Shown: one piece after another, positions 22,730-35,660 of the stretch
Layout: each line of letters begins with the position of its first letter
How positions within the stretch are numbered: position 1 is the stretch's first letter
Assembly: GCA_950097015.1 (NCBI GenBank)
Contig: CATNEN010000033.1
Coordinates: forward strand, 62,001-126,000
DNA: 64,000 nt
Source: Macrostomum hystrix
Taxonomy: Eukaryota; Animalia; Platyhelminthes
Direction of reading: 5' to 3'
The notes under the pieces: model-generated
Databases searched by the model: none
What the model was told of the DNA's origin: nothing
Seen by the model: only the letters and a program-made list of their open reading frames with translations
Program-made: the position numbers and the translations under genes

Positions 22730-25221
22730 ATGAGGCGCAGTCCAGATGTGTGGAATCTGGCCGGAGCCAGTCGGAACGAAGCGGCTATCTACTACATCGA
22801 CTCGCAGCAGCAGCAGCAGCAGCAGTGGCAGCAGCATCAAATGCAGCAGCCAGCAGTCTACGTCAACTCCGGCTACTCAATCAGCGAGGCTGAATTCCAT
22901 CCCAAGCGTCTGCACCAGACGACGATGCAACTGCAGCAGCCATTACCATCTATTCTAGACAACGAAGACGACTACAGGGCCTGGCTGACTGCGAACTACC
23001 AGCCGATGTTCGCTCCCTACGCGTCTGTTAGAGGCATGCCGAATCGGCTGTTCCTGGAGCTGTTCTCGCGCCAGGATCTGCTGAGAAATCGGAAGCTCAC
23101 GGATCTGATGTCGCGCATCGATGCTAATCGTGACGGCCGCGTCTCCTGGCCGGAGTTCTACAGCTTCATGACTTACAGGCAGCGGCGCGAGGTGCCCGCA
23201 GGTCGGCGCTTCCTAAATGGAATAGTACGCGGCGCGGCGCCGGCGGCTGCGCGCAAGGAGAGCGAGGTTCGCGCCGACAATCTCGCCGCCGGGGAGCCGG
23301 TGCCTGGCGAGGCCTACTTGGAGTTCTACGACTGCAAGCCCCCGCCAATATTCGTGCCGCTAACTGTCGTTGGCATCTGGGTGGCATTCCTCATCTACAT
23401 GGCCGAGCTCAACAGGGGCCCCGAGTCGAATTGGGTCACCTGGACTGGCGGCGTGCCCTACTACAGTCCTCTGTGCTTCTGCCCGGCTAGGCGGCAAGAG
23501 GTGCGTCGATATTCACAAAGACATTCACAGAGACATTCACATAGATTTAGTCCAAGTCCCCAGTCCACGGACTGTTAGAAGTGGTGCATAATTTGAGGAT
23601 CGTTTAAATAGGAATACTTACTTGTTACTTAAGTAGTTGTGTTTCAAATTATTATCCTATTTCTCCCTTCAAACAAACAGGTGTGGCGCTTTCTCACCTA
23701 CATGCTGCTTCACGTTGGCTGGCATCACATCATATTCAACTCGGCCCTGACGCTGCTGCTGGGCATCCCGCTCGAGCTGGTGCACAAGGCCTGGCGGGTG
23801 GCACCCATCTTTCTCGCCGGCGTCCTGGCCGGATCCATGCTATCGTCTATGGCCGAACCCGCCGTCACCCTGCTGGGCGCATCCGGCGGTGTCTACGCCC
23901 TGATTGGCGCGCACTACGGCCTGGTGATCATGAACTGGGAGGAGCTGCAGGAGGGCTGGCAGGACTGGCGCAAGAACCCGCTGCGCCTATTCTCTAGCGG
24001 TGTGTTCCGCCTGCTACTGCTGACTCTGCTGGTGGCCCTGGACTTTGGCGTGGCGCTGTACAGGTGACACCGCTGTCCGTTGTCCGTTTCCTGAGTCTGT
24101 TCAGTCTGTTTCCAGTGTCTGTTCAGTCTGTTACTGGAGTCTGTTCAGTCTGTTTCCTGTGTCTGTTCGGTCTGTTTCCAGTGTCTGTTCAGTCTGTTAC
24201 TGGAGTCTGTTCAGTCTGTTTCCTGTGTCTGTTCGGTCTGTTTCCTGAGTCTGTTCAGTCTGTTTCCTGTGTCTGTTCGGTCTGTTTCCAGTGTCTGTTC
24301 AGTCTGTTTCCTGTGTCTGTTCAGTCTGTTTCCTGTGTCTGTTCGGTCTGTTTCCTGAGACTGTTCAGTCTGTTTCCTGTGTCTGTTCAGTCTGTTACTG
24401 GAGTCTGTTCAGTCTGTTACTGGAGTCTGTTCAGTCTGTTACTGGAGTCTGTTCAGTCTGTTTCCTGTGTCTGTTCAGTCTGTTTCCTGTGTCTGTTCAG
24501 TCTGTTACTGGAGTCTGTTCAGTCTGTTACTGGAGTCTGTTCAGTCTGTTACTGGAGTCTGTTCAGTCTGTTACTAAAGTCTGTTCAGTCTGTTACTGGA
24601 GTCTGTTCAGTCTGTTTCCTGTGTCTGTTCAGTCTGTTTCCTGTGTCTGTTCAGTCTGTTACTGGAGTCTGTTCAGTCTGTTACTGGAGTCTGTTCAGTC
24701 TGTTACTGGAGTCTGTTCAGTCTGTTACTGGAGTCTGTTCAGTCTGTTACTGGAGTCTGTTCAGTCTGTTTCCTGTGTCTGTTCAGTCTGTTTCCTGTGT
24801 CTGTTCAGTCTGTTACTGGAGTCTGTTCAGTCTGTTTCCTGTGTCTGTTCAGTCTGTTTCCTGAGTCTGTTCAGTCTGTTACTGGAGTCTGTTCAGTCTG
24901 TTTCCAGTGTCTGTTCAGTCTGTTTCCTGACTGAGCAACCTGATCACACCAGAGTGTTAAGCATGACCTGCCCACCCATCCAGGCGTTACACCTTGGCCA
25001 GCTTGGACAACTCGGTCTCGCTGACCGCCCACGTCGCCGGCTTGCTGTGCGGCATCCTGGTGGGAGTTCCCTGCCTGCGCAATCTGGACAAGAAGCCCTG
25101 GGAGATGGTGCTGTTCTGGATAGCCATCGTGCTGCTCCTGGCCTTCTTAGTTCTGGCTGTGCTGTGGAACATCTTCTACAAGGGCTACCCGTTGGACATT
25201 CCGTGCAATTTGGGAACTTGA
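22730..25221 (+). CDS. Rhomboid intramembrane serine protease with N-terminal EF-hand (RHBDL3/Rhomboid-4-like)
   Basis: Exons 22730-23500, 23681-24063, 24984-25221. EF-hand DANRDGRVSWPEF, PPPIF, WRFLTYMLLH, catalytic GASGG and AHVAG. The start codon is uncertain. Confidence 0.9.
24085..24930. repeat. GTCTGTTCAGTCTGTT(TCCTGT/ACTGGA) ~22-bp minisatellite in rhomboid intron 2
   Basis: Visible tandem units of two variants. Confidence 0.92.
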
Positions 25222-25334
25222 GACTAAGACTTAAGTAGTGCAATTTGAGAGTTAAAAGATAAAAACTTGAGAGATAGGATTTAGAAAATGGGATTTAGAA
25301 GCTGAGAAATTTGATTCAGAAATCTGGAGTCGGC

Positions 25335-25597
25335 ATTTGGGATTCGGGAATTGGGATTCGGGAATTGGGATTCGGGAATTGGGATTCGGGAATTGGGATT
25401 CGGGAATTGGGATTCGGGAATTGGGATTCGGGAATTGGGATTCGGGAATTGGGATTCGGGAATTGGGATTCGGGAATTGGGATTCGGGAATTGGGATTCG
25501 GGAATTGGGATTCGGGAATTGGGATTCGGGAATTGGGATTCGGGAATTGGGATTCGGGAATTGGGATTCGGGAATTGGGATTCGGGAATTGGGATTC
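25335..25597. repeat. 14-bp minisatellite (TGGGATTCGGGAAT)
   Basis: About 18 perfect units. Confidence 0.95.
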
Positions 25598-26464
25598 TGG
25601 ATGAAGGGATTTGCGAGCTGCATGGGATTTAGAAGCTGGAGTTCTGCTCGCTAATCCGGGGACAGGGGTTTGAAGGGACTGATTGTATTGAATAAGCACC
25701 AATCATTTAACAAAACTAATTAACATTTAAGTAATCTTAACATGTTCCCAAATTATCCACAGTACTTACATTTTAACTTAAAGGCAGTTGTACACTCTCT
25801 TCTTGTTGTCATCCTTAAGTAAAATTTCTTTTTTCTTCATTACTTATTCAAAAAACAAGTTGAACAATTCAGCGAACTGTTAGCAGCTTGTTCACTCATT
25901 CTACTCGGACCTGTAAAAACACATTCTCTTCCCAGTTATAGTTTCTTTAAAAAACGCGCACTGGATAATAGGACACTAAGTTTTCATTTTGTTTTTTTAT
26001 AAAAATCTTTAGAACTGTGTTCTAGCTGTGTGTCTGCGACGCCACAATTACTTACGAATAAACTTTTACTTTAATTGATCCGAACGCGGAGCCTTTAATA
26101 CAGCTTTACTCTCATAGCAAGTTCACGAATTCTCAAACTACGAGTGGCAGTGTACAACTTACGCTGGTACATAATCTGTAAATATAAAAAAACTGGAGAT
26201 TTTTACAAGAAAAGCGCTTTGTAATCTTCAATTTTCGATACTGCAACTACTAAACAATGTACTTTGTAGTAGTAGTGGCTAGGATGCGCGTACAAGCTAT
26301 ACTACTAATCTTGCTTCAGTAGTAGAAGTAGTATTTGAAGCACCATAAAAATACATCAGAAAGCGCTCTATTTTGCTAGCCCATTAGTGACAGAAACTAA
26401 GGAAAACTTTCGGTGCATTTACTTTGCTTCGTATAAAATTTTTTTCGACTATCAACTTAACCAA

Positions 26465-26978
26465 TAGAGTGGTATGGGTCATCCCTCAATGTACGAGTAC
26501 ATTGCTAGCCAGCAGAGTGGTATGAGTCATCGCTACATGCACTGCTAGCCTGCAGAGTGGTATGAGTCATCGCTACATGTACTGCTAGCCTGCAGAGAGG
26601 TATGAGTCATCGCTCCCTGTACTGCTAGCCAGCAGAGTGGTATGAGTCATCGCTACATGCACTGCTAGCCTGCAGAGTGGTATGAGTCATCGCTACATGC
26701 ACTGCTAGCCTGCAGAGTGGTATGAGTCATCGCTCCCTGTACTGCTAGCCTGCAGAGTGGTATGAGTCATCGCTCCCTGTACTGCTAGCCTGCAGAGTGG
26801 TATGAGTCATCGCTTCATGCACTGCTAGCCTGCAGAGTGGTATGAGTCATCGCTACATGCACTGCTAGCCAGCAGAGTGGTATGAGTCATCGCTACATGC
26901 ACTGCTAGCCTGCAGAGTGGTACGAGTCATCGCTACATGCACTGCTAGCCTGCAGAGTGGTATGAGTCATCGCTTCAT
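26465..26978. repeat. 40-bp minisatellite with ATGAGTCAT in each unit
   Basis: Unit GAGTGGTATGAGTCATCGCTACATGCACTGCTAGCCTGCA, about 12 copies. Confidence 0.93.
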
Positions 26979-27399
26979 TGCTGACTAATGGTATGTTATT
27001 ATCGACGCTGGCGTCCACTTCACGCCCCAAAAGGCGTGATGGCTAAGTGCAAGCTTGCTGGTGCGGCTAGTAAGGCGCTATCAACATTACGGTATTTGCT
27101 GACTCATTCACTTTATCAAGAAATGAAAGCGAAGGCTAAACTTTTCTGCTCAATCCGATCAAACAATTTCCAGAATCACAAAAAATCTGCATCGTCAAGA
27201 TATTCAACGATTCGCGTCTGGGTGCTGCAACAAAAACCCACCAAAATAGGCATAATTATTATGCTCATAAAATTTCATCATGTTACTATGTCGTTTATCA
27301 TTGTTTATTTATTCCATTTATTATATAGTTAATTATTACATTATTGAACCAATATGGATTTATGGATATTCGATTCCTGACTCCATTAGCACTTCACTG

Positions 27400-27510
27400 G
27401 CCGTTAGCAAGACACGTAACTGTGCCATGGTCATTTCCCTCAGTCCATGGACTGAACAGCCGTACATCAGATACTCTACGCAATAGCTGCGGCTGGGCTG
27501 TCGGCTGCAC
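27400..27510 (-). mobile_element. Degenerate copy of the SINE-like element at 30135-30345
   Basis: Shares GCCGCAGCTAT...GTATCTGA...TACGGCTGTTCAGTCCATGGACTG and GTGTCTTGCTA with the 30.2-kb copy. Confidence 0.55.
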
Positions 27511-27906
27511 ATCTGGCTCAATCTGGCCAGGCGTAATCAATTCCAATAAATTATAGATTTCTATGTTTATATCAAGCTTCTTTAGTTTGATTTGGTTTTC
27601 CACAAAATATGGAAGCACCACTGGCTGTACGTCTGGCCATGCTGGGTGCAGTTATAAGATTGACTCAATAAAACTAATCACCTCAATGAATGGGCCTGAG
27701 AGAATAAATAAACTGCGCGGAAAATTCCGCTAAAAGATATAGAAAAAAACTGTATTTTTTAGCTACCTGCCAAACAAGCATCTATATAACAGTGCATCGT
27801 ACCTTCAATTTTAGTGATCGTAGGTAAAGTTTGCTGCCAATATACGAGTATATTAATGAAAAGCTGCTCAAATGTAAAGTTTCATTGCTGTTTCCCGTTG
27901 GCGCGG

Positions 27907-28043
27907 CAGAGGTGATGGTGCGAAAGAACAATGGTGGAGTTTTGGGGTGCAAGAGAATTGCAGGCGCAGCTTTGCACCGGAGCGCCGGCATCCGGCATCC
28001 CTCCCAGATGTTGCGGTCGATGGTGGAGTTGCAGGCGTCCCAC
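27907..28043 (-). pseudogene. Internally deleted partial duplicate of the C-type lectin gene 3' end
   Basis: 27907-27963 matches 28658-28714 (downstream of the stop). It is joined at a shared CAG to 27961-28043, which matches coding 28895-28981. Confidence 0.8.
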
Positions 28044-28489
28044 GATTCAGCATTATTTTTCCACTAAAAAAGCAAAAGAGGGTTTTCTGGTTTGACCCAG
28101 TTATGGTTCTTCCACAAGTCAGGTAAAGTTAGCATTAATAAATTATGCATCGATCTAGCTGAGTTTGAGGCCAGCCGTACAAGTCCAGGTGCAAGCTAAA
28201 GCGGCAGCAATCATTTTGTTGCTGTTGTCGTTATGGTTATTCTCAGGTCGAAAAAAACGTGAAGTTTACTCAGGGCTTGTAAAAATCCTATCGCTGTCTT
28301 AAGGCATTGTGAAAGTAAAAAAATCGAGTATTTAATAAATTTCTTGTGCCTTGCATGCGAAAGACTGATATTGTCTCTTAACTATGCAAGAGCCGCATAG
28401 GAATATTTTGTGAAAATTCCATTGTAACTTCAGAGAAAAAGCGGCGAAGCAAAGTGAATGTGATCGGTATTTTGCCAGTGGCGGAGTGA

Positions 28490-28640
28490 GGTGGGTGTAG
28501 ATAGTGGCAGGGTGAGGTGGGTGTAGATGGTTAGTGGCGGAGTGAGGTGGGTGTAGATGGTTAGTGGCGGAGTGAGGTGGGTGTAGATGGTTAGTGGCGG
28601 AGAGAGGTGGGTGTAGATGGTTAGTAGCGGAGTGAGGTGG
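28490..28640. repeat. 30-bp minisatellite (GTGGCGGAGTGAGGTGGGTGTAGATGGTTA)
   Basis: About 5 visible units. Confidence 0.85.
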
Positions 28641-28806
28641 GGGCAATAGGCCAGCAACAGAGGTGATAGTGCGAAAGAACAATGGTGGAGTTTTGGGGTG
28701 CAAGAGAATTGCAGCGGAGAGAGGCGGGTGCTGCATAATCGCGGAGAGATTGGGAAGTTTGGTACTGTGTGCAGTCCATATCAGGAGCTGAGTCAGAGGG
28801 TGAGCT

Positions 28807-29682
28807 CTAAAACACTGTCGGGCACTCGCAGATGTAGCCGATGGACGAGTAGCAGAAGAAATCGTCGAGGCCGCTGCTGAACTCATGGTACAGACAGGCG
28901 CAGCTCTGCACCGGAGCGCCGGCATCCGGCTGGCCCGCCTCCCAGATGTTGCGGTCGATAGTGGAGTTGCAGGCGTCCCACACCCAGTTGTCCTTCTTGT
29001 CGGCGCTGGCAATCAGCTGGAAACCGCTCAGGTGGTAGCTGACGCCTGGCGACCTGAGCGACATCAGCCAGGCCAGCTCGTCCGAGTCCCCTACGTCGGC
29101 CAGTTTAGCGAGGCCACCGTTGGCGGCGCAGGCAGCCTTGGCGGCCGATGACGTGGCCGTCGGCGATTTTACTACCTTGTATGAAGTGCCATTGCTGTGG
29201 GAGGACCGGATCGATACGGTAATGAGAACGTGAACTGTGGCTAGAGAACAAAGACGACCGCGTGCCTACCGAGAATGTGAATATCCGGTCGGACAAAGAC
29301 TGCCTGGAGCTGCGCCAGACAATCGACGCACAAATACTTTGCCATCGGCGCCGTCGCCGCTGCCGCAAGCCACAGACGAGTCCCTGACAGCATGGCTGCA
29401 CTTGTCGAAAAGGAATAGCCGGCATCGGCACAGGCTGAGCGGCTGGAAGGCCTGGCACCGCTGGTTGGCGGCACAGACCAGAGCGCACGACTGCGCGCCG
29501 CAGACTGCATGCAGAACTCGCTGAAATTCCAACCTTACCCCGCAGGCGCCGCCTGTGCCGGCCACTTGATCAAAGTCGGAGCAGGCTGCCGCTAGCTGTC
29601 GTTGCCATGGCAACACAAGCAGCAGCAACATATGGGATAAAGTCATTATAGAAACGGAAGGGAAGTGGCATTTGGCTTCCAA
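28807..29682 (-). CDS. Secreted protein: signal peptide + PAN/Apple-like Cys domain + C-type lectin domain
   Basis: Exons 29682-29270 and 29194-28807 with a 75-nt intron. Hydrophobic leader, then SCALVCAANQRCQAF..C.C.LF. CTLD has A...C...GG.LA, WVW, WEAGQPD, C.CL, LDDFFC and YICE. Confidence 0.82.
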
Positions 29683-30134
29683 AAGAGGTTTTCATGGCTT
29701 CATTAGCAGATGTGCAGGTAAGCCTTTTGTATCTCACTCTACCAAATGATGGCTTGTTTACTTCGTGAGAACCAATGCGCGATAGACGCCGGGGTAGCAG
29801 GCTATTGTGCTAAGATTGCTCAGGGGAAAAAACTGGGAATGCAATGTCTGGGGGAATTCTCTCATTCCAAGTTCCCATTGCTAGTTTATTCTCAAGCTGG
29901 CAATATCGGAAGGCGAATTAACGGAAAACTGTGCAACACTTTCAAAGACAAATAATCAGTTAGGTAAGAAATAAAAAAACTAAGAGAAAACTCATTACCT
30001 GAATACGGTTGGGCCAGTGGCTAAGTGACCGTGAAACTGGTATCTGGCATCTGATGCGTTTAAATATGCATTCTATACATCCAGTAATAATTATTAATAT
30101 TAATCATTGATTGCACCTCCCCCAATTACACCTT

Positions 30135-30345
30135 CCAGAGCCGCAGCTATCGCGCGGTGTATCTGAGGGCTGCGTACGGCTGTTCAGTCCATGGACTGGG
30201 GGGACGCCACACCTACCTCAATTACTCCAGCTGATGCTGGTACCCATTAAACACCTGGGTGAACTGAAGCAAAGCAAAGTGTCTTGCTAAAGGACACAAA
30301 TCGTTCCGAACCACCGACCTTGAAGTATGAAGCAGCCGGGCCTCC
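30135..30345 (+). mobile_element. SINE-like element with an L2/CORE-type body
   Basis: CTGGTACCCATTAAACACCTGGGTGAACTGAAGCAA...AAGTGTCTTGCTAAAGGACAC resembles metazoan SINE core/L2-tail motifs. Related pieces lie at ~8161, ~23558 and 27400-27510. Confidence 0.55.
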
Positions 30346-30380
30346 TTCCTGTGCTTCCGAGTGAAGAGGCCCCGAATTTT

Positions 30381-30757
30381 GATGCTTGCTATACTCAGAT
30401 GCTTGCTATACTCAGATGCTTGCTATACTCAGATGCTTGCTATACTCAGATGCTTGCTATACTCAGATGCTTGCTATACTCAGATGCTTGCTATACTCAG
30501 ATGCTTGCTATACTCAGATGCTTGCTATACTCAGATGCTTGCTATACTCAGATGCTTGCTATACTCAGATACTTGCTATACTCAGATGCTTGCTATACTC
30601 AGATGCTTGCTATACTCAGATGCTTGCTATACTCAGATGCTTGCTATACTCAGATGCTTGCTATACTCAGATGCTTGCTATACTCAGATGCTTGCTATAC
30701 TCAGATGCTTGCTATACTCAGATGCTTGCTATACTCAGATGCTTGCTATACTCAGAT
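30381..30757. repeat. 17-bp minisatellite (GATGCTTGCTATACTCA)
   Basis: About 22 near-perfect units. Confidence 0.95.
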
Positions 30758-31689
30758 GCCTTACTGCCGGCGCCAGTGCATATTCCTGCATTTCCTGTTG
30801 CAGCAGAAACTCAGCCAAAATGAAGGCAAGTCCATTTAAAAGACTCGCAGGGTCTGGTATTTCTAAGAAAAGTGACCAAATTAGCAAGCTAATGCAACAA
30901 GGTAAAATTCGGCAGATCAAATAATAAAACCTTGATTTTGCAGTCTATTTTGCATTCAGTTTTAGTTTGACAATGTAGAATTTCGCAGAGAGTTCTTATT
31001 TGAACTACAGCACAAGAAAAAAATCTTTTACACTGAATTCATTGATTCACTGTGATATCATATTGTTAGGTAGCGATTGACCAATTGTAATTGATTCTCA
31101 GCAGAATTCTCAGCCAATTCAGCTATAATGCGCGAGTGTACACGATAGAGCAGGACGATGAAGGGAGAGGTCGCAAAAAACAGTCGGACAAAATACGGGA
31201 ACGAATAAGTTAAGAGCGCCAAACTGATGCTACTTGTATTGCAGTAGATTTTTAGCTTTAAAAAACCAACCAAAGATCAAGCTGTCAAATTAGTTTAGGA
31301 AAATAGTGGACCGATTTGCTTACTAGATATGCTAGTTGTAGCCGACGAGACAGACTAGCGACCACAGACGAAAACCATCACCAATCAGCAAAAACAGGGA
31401 GGAAACAATTCGCTTCCAAAAAGCGTAACTTGCTACTGTCCGCTCGCAAGTAGGTAGTAGTATAAAGCGAAAACTTTAGCTTTGCCGTGGAAATATCAGG
31501 CGAGCAATTTTTTCAAGCCATAATAAGTAGAAATAACTTTATGTTAAAAATTAACAAAAACTGCACACTTTTATCAAGTATGAGGCGTCAGAAAATATCA
31601 GAAAACCAGAACGAGAACAGGGCAAAACAAAAGTATTGCAATGCCTGCTTTGCCAATGCCTCAACTGGGACGAAGAAGAGCTGCGAAGA

Positions 31690-33200
31690 CAGTAGATGGG
31701 AGATAGGAGACAGGAGTCAGTAGGCAGCAGATGGGAGATAGGAGACAGGAGTCAGTAGGCAGCAGATGGGAGATAGGAGACAGGAGTCAGTAGGCAGCAG
31801 ATGGGAGATAGGAGGCAGGAGTCAGTAGGCAGCAGATGGGAGATAGGAGACAGGAGTCAGTAGGCAGCAGATGGGAGATAGGAGGCAGGAGTCAGTAGGC
31901 AGCAGATGGGAGATAGGAGACAGGAGTCAGTAGGCAGCAGATGGGAGATAGGAGACAGGAGTCAGTAGGCAGCAGATGGGAGATAGGAGGCAGGAGTCAG
32001 TAGGCAGCAGATGGGAGATAGGAGGCAGGAGTCAGTAGGCAGCAGATGGGAGATAGGAGACAGGAGTCAGTAGGCAGCAGATGGGAGATAGGAGACAGGA
32101 GTCAGTAGGCAGCAGATGGGAGATAGGAGACAGGAGTCAGTAGGCAGCAGATGGGAGATAGGAGACAGGAGTCAGTAGGCAGCAGATGGGAGATAGGAGA
32201 CAGGAGTCAGTAGGCAGCAGATTGGAGATAGGAGACAGGAGTCAGTAGGCAGCAGATGGGAGATAGGAGGCAGGAGTCAGTAGGCAGCAGATGGGAGATA
32301 GGAGACAGGAGTCAGTAGGCAGCAGATGGGAGATAGGAGACAGGAGTCAGTAGGCAGCAGATTGGAGATAGGAGGCAGGAGTCAGTAGGCAGCAGATGGG
32401 AGATAGGAGGCAGGAGTCAGTAGGCAGCAGATGGGAGATAGGAGACAGGAGTCAGTAGGCAGCAGATGGGAGATAGGAGACAGGAGTCAGTAGGCAGCAG
32501 ATGGGAGATAGGAGACAGGAGTCAGTAGGCAGCAGATGGGAGATAGGAGACAGGAGTCAGTAGGCAGCAGATGGGAGATAGGAGGCAGGAGTCAGTAGGC
32601 AGCAGATGGGAGATAGGAGACAGGAGTCAGTAGGCAGCAGATGGGAGATAGGAGACAGGAGTCAGTAGGCAGCAGATGGGAGATAGGAGACAGGAGTCAG
32701 TAGGCAGCAGATGGGAGATAGGAGACAGGAGTCAGTAGGCAGCAGATGGGAGATAGGAGACAGGAGTCAGTAGGCAGCAGATTGGAGATAGGAGACAGGA
32801 GTCAGTAGGCAGCAGATGGGAGATAGGAGGCAGGAGTCAGTAGGCAGCAGATGGGAGATAGGAGACAGGAGTCAGTAGGCAGCAGATGGGAGATAGGAGA
32901 CAGGAGTCAGTAGGCAGCAGATTGGAGATAGGAGGCAGGAGTCAGTAGGCAGCAGATGGGAGATAGGAGGCAGGAGTCAGTAGGCAGCAGATGGGAGATA
33001 GGAGACAGGAGTCAGTAGGCAGCAGATGGGAGATAGGAGACAGGAGTCAGTAGGCAGCAGATGGGAGATAGGAGACAGGAGTCAGTAGGCAGCAGATGGG
33101 AGATAGGAGACAGGAGTCAGTAGGCAGCAGATGGGAGATAGGAGACAGGAGTCAGTAGGCAGCAGATGGGAGATAGGAGGCAGGAGTCAGGAGACAGGAG
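31690..33200. repeat. 35-bp minisatellite (GTAGGCAGCAGATGGGAGATAGGAGACAGGAGTCA)
   Basis: About 42 units with recurrent A/G and G/T variants. Confidence 0.95.
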
Positions 33201-33654
33201 TCAGGAGAGAGCTCCGAGAGAAGAGCTGTATCCGAGCAGCTGATTGGGACAGCCGGACAGCAGGCCGGAACAGGTTCTACAGAATTCGACAGAAACAACA
33301 ACAGAAAAACATTGCTTCAAAGACAGCAGCTCTAAAGCAGGTGGCGTGTATCTTAGGCAACAGCAAAAATAAAGGAAAAAAATAGGTTTCTAAGCGCCAA
33401 CTACTAGAGTATCAACAATGCTACAAGTACTCTCACAAAGATATTAGTTTTCCTTTAAAAAACGCGAGCATGCATAGACAGCTTTGCGGAAAATGGCGAT
33501 TTGGGCCACAGAGATAGAATAGGAAGCACCTGACATTAGCCGGGATTAGAACAGAAGGTTGATTTGCATTTTACAAAAATAAAACAAAGCCGTAAAGCTG
33601 CACAATAAGGACTTAGATAATAAGACAAAAAATAGTGATCCTAAGCGGCGGTAC

Positions 33655-34040
33655 CGGCTGAACCTAAGGACCTGAGGCTTGGAAGCAGCTGAACCTAAGG
33701 ATCTGAGGCTTGGTAGCAGCTGAACCAAAGGATCTGAGGCTTGGTAGCAGCTGAACCAAAGGATCTGAGGCTTGGTAGCAGCTGAACCAAAGGATCTGAG
33801 GCTTGGTAGCAGCTGAACCAAAGGATCTGAGGCTTGGTAGCAGCTGAACCAAAGGATCTGAGGCTTGGTAGCAGCTGAACCAAAGGATCTGAGGCTTGGT
33901 AGCAGCTGAACCAAAGGATCTGAGGCTTGGTAGCAGCTGAACCAAAGGATCTGAGGCTTGGTAGCAGCTGAACCTAAGGATCTGAGGCTTGTTAGCAGCT
34001 GAACCTAAGGATCTGAGGCTTGGTAGCAGCTGAACCAAAG
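33655..34040. repeat. 31-bp minisatellite (GGATCTGAGGCTTGGTAGCAGCTGAACCAAA)
   Basis: About 12 units. Confidence 0.95.
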
Positions 34041-34044
34041 GACC

Positions 34045-35660
34045 TGATCCTGAGGATTTTGGGGAGCTGGTTGGTGGCTGATCCTGAGGATGTTGGGGTT
34101 CTGGTTGGTGGCTGATCCTGAGGATGTGGGTGCTGGTTGGTGTCTGATCCTGAGGATGTTGGGGTGCTGGTTGGTGGCTGATCCTGAGGATGTTGGGGTG
34201 CTGGTTGGTGGCTGATCCTGAGGATGTTGGGGTGCTGGTTGGTGGCTGATCCTGAGGATGTTGGGGTGCTGGTTGGTGGCTGATCCTGAGGATGTTGGGG
34301 TGCTGGTTGGTGGCTGATCCTGAGGATGTTGGGGTGCTGGTTGGTGGCTGATCCTGAGGATGTTGAGGTGCTGGTTGGTGGCTGATCCTGAGGATGTTGA
34401 GGTGCTGGTTGGTGGCTGATACTGAGGATGTGGGTGCTGGTTGGTGGCTGATCCTGAGGATGTTGGGGTGCTGGTTGGTGGCTGATCCTGAGGATGTTGG
34501 GGTGCTGGTTGGTGGCTGATCCTGAGGATGTGGGTGCAGGTTGGTGGCTGATCCTGAGGATGTTGGGGTGCTGGTTGGTGGCTGATCCTGAGGATGTTGG
34601 GGTGCTGGTTGGTGGCTGATCCTGAGGATGTGGGTGCTGGTTGGTGTCTGATCCTGAGGATGTTGGGGTGCTGGTTGGTGGCTGATCCTGAGGATGTTGG
34701 GGTGCTGGTTGGTGGCTGATCCTGAGGATGTGGGTGCTGGTTGCATGGTGGCTGATCCTGAGGATGTTCAGGTGCTGGTTGGTGGCTGATCCTGAGGATG
34801 TTGGGGTGCTGGTTGGTGGCTGATCCTGAGGATGTGGGTGCTGGTTGGTGGCTGATCCTGAGGATGTTGGGGTGCTGGTTGGTGGCTGATCCTGAGGATG
34901 TGGGTGCAGGTTGGTGGCTGATCCTGAGGATGTTGGGGTGCTGGTTGGTGGCTGATCCTGAGGATGTTGGGGTGCTGGTTGGTGGCTGATCCTGAGGATG
35001 TGGGTGCTGGTTGGTGTCTGATCCTGAGGATGTTGGGGTGCTGGTTGGTGGCTGATCCTGAGGATGTTGGGGTGCTGGTTGGTGGCTGATCCTGAGGATG
35101 TGGGTGCTGGTTGCATGGTGGCTGATCCTGAGGATGTTCAGGTGCTGGTTGGTGGCTGATCCTGAGGATGTTGGGGTGCTGGTTGGTGGCTGATCCTGAG
35201 GATGTGGGTGCTGGTTGGTGGCTGATCCTGAGGATGTTGGGGTGCTGGTTGGTGGCTGATCCTGAGGATGTGGGTGTTGGTTGCTGGATTATCCTGGGGA
35301 TGTGGGTGCTGGTTGGTGGCTGATCCTGAGGATGTTGGGGTGCTGGTTGGTGGCTGATCCTGAGGATGTGGGTGTTGGTTGCTGGATTATCCTGGGGATG
35401 TGGGTGCTGGTTGGTGGCTGATCCTGAGGATGTTGGGGTGCTGGTTGGTGGCTGATCCTGAGGATGTGGGTGTTGGTTGCTGGATTATCCTGGGGATGTG
35501 GGTGCTGGTTGGTGGCTGATCCTGAGGATGTTGGGGTGCTGGTTGGTGGCTGATCCTGAGGATGTTGGGGTGCTGTTTGGTCGCTGATCCTGAGGATGTG
35601 GGTGTTGGTTGCTGGATTATCCTGGGGATGGGGGTGTTGGTTGTTGGCTGATCCTGGAGA
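34045..35660. repeat. 34/32-bp minisatellite (GATCCTGAGGATGTTGGGGTGCTGGTTGGTGGCT)
   Basis: Two unit lengths are interspersed. It directly abuts the 31-bp array. Confidence 0.95.
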
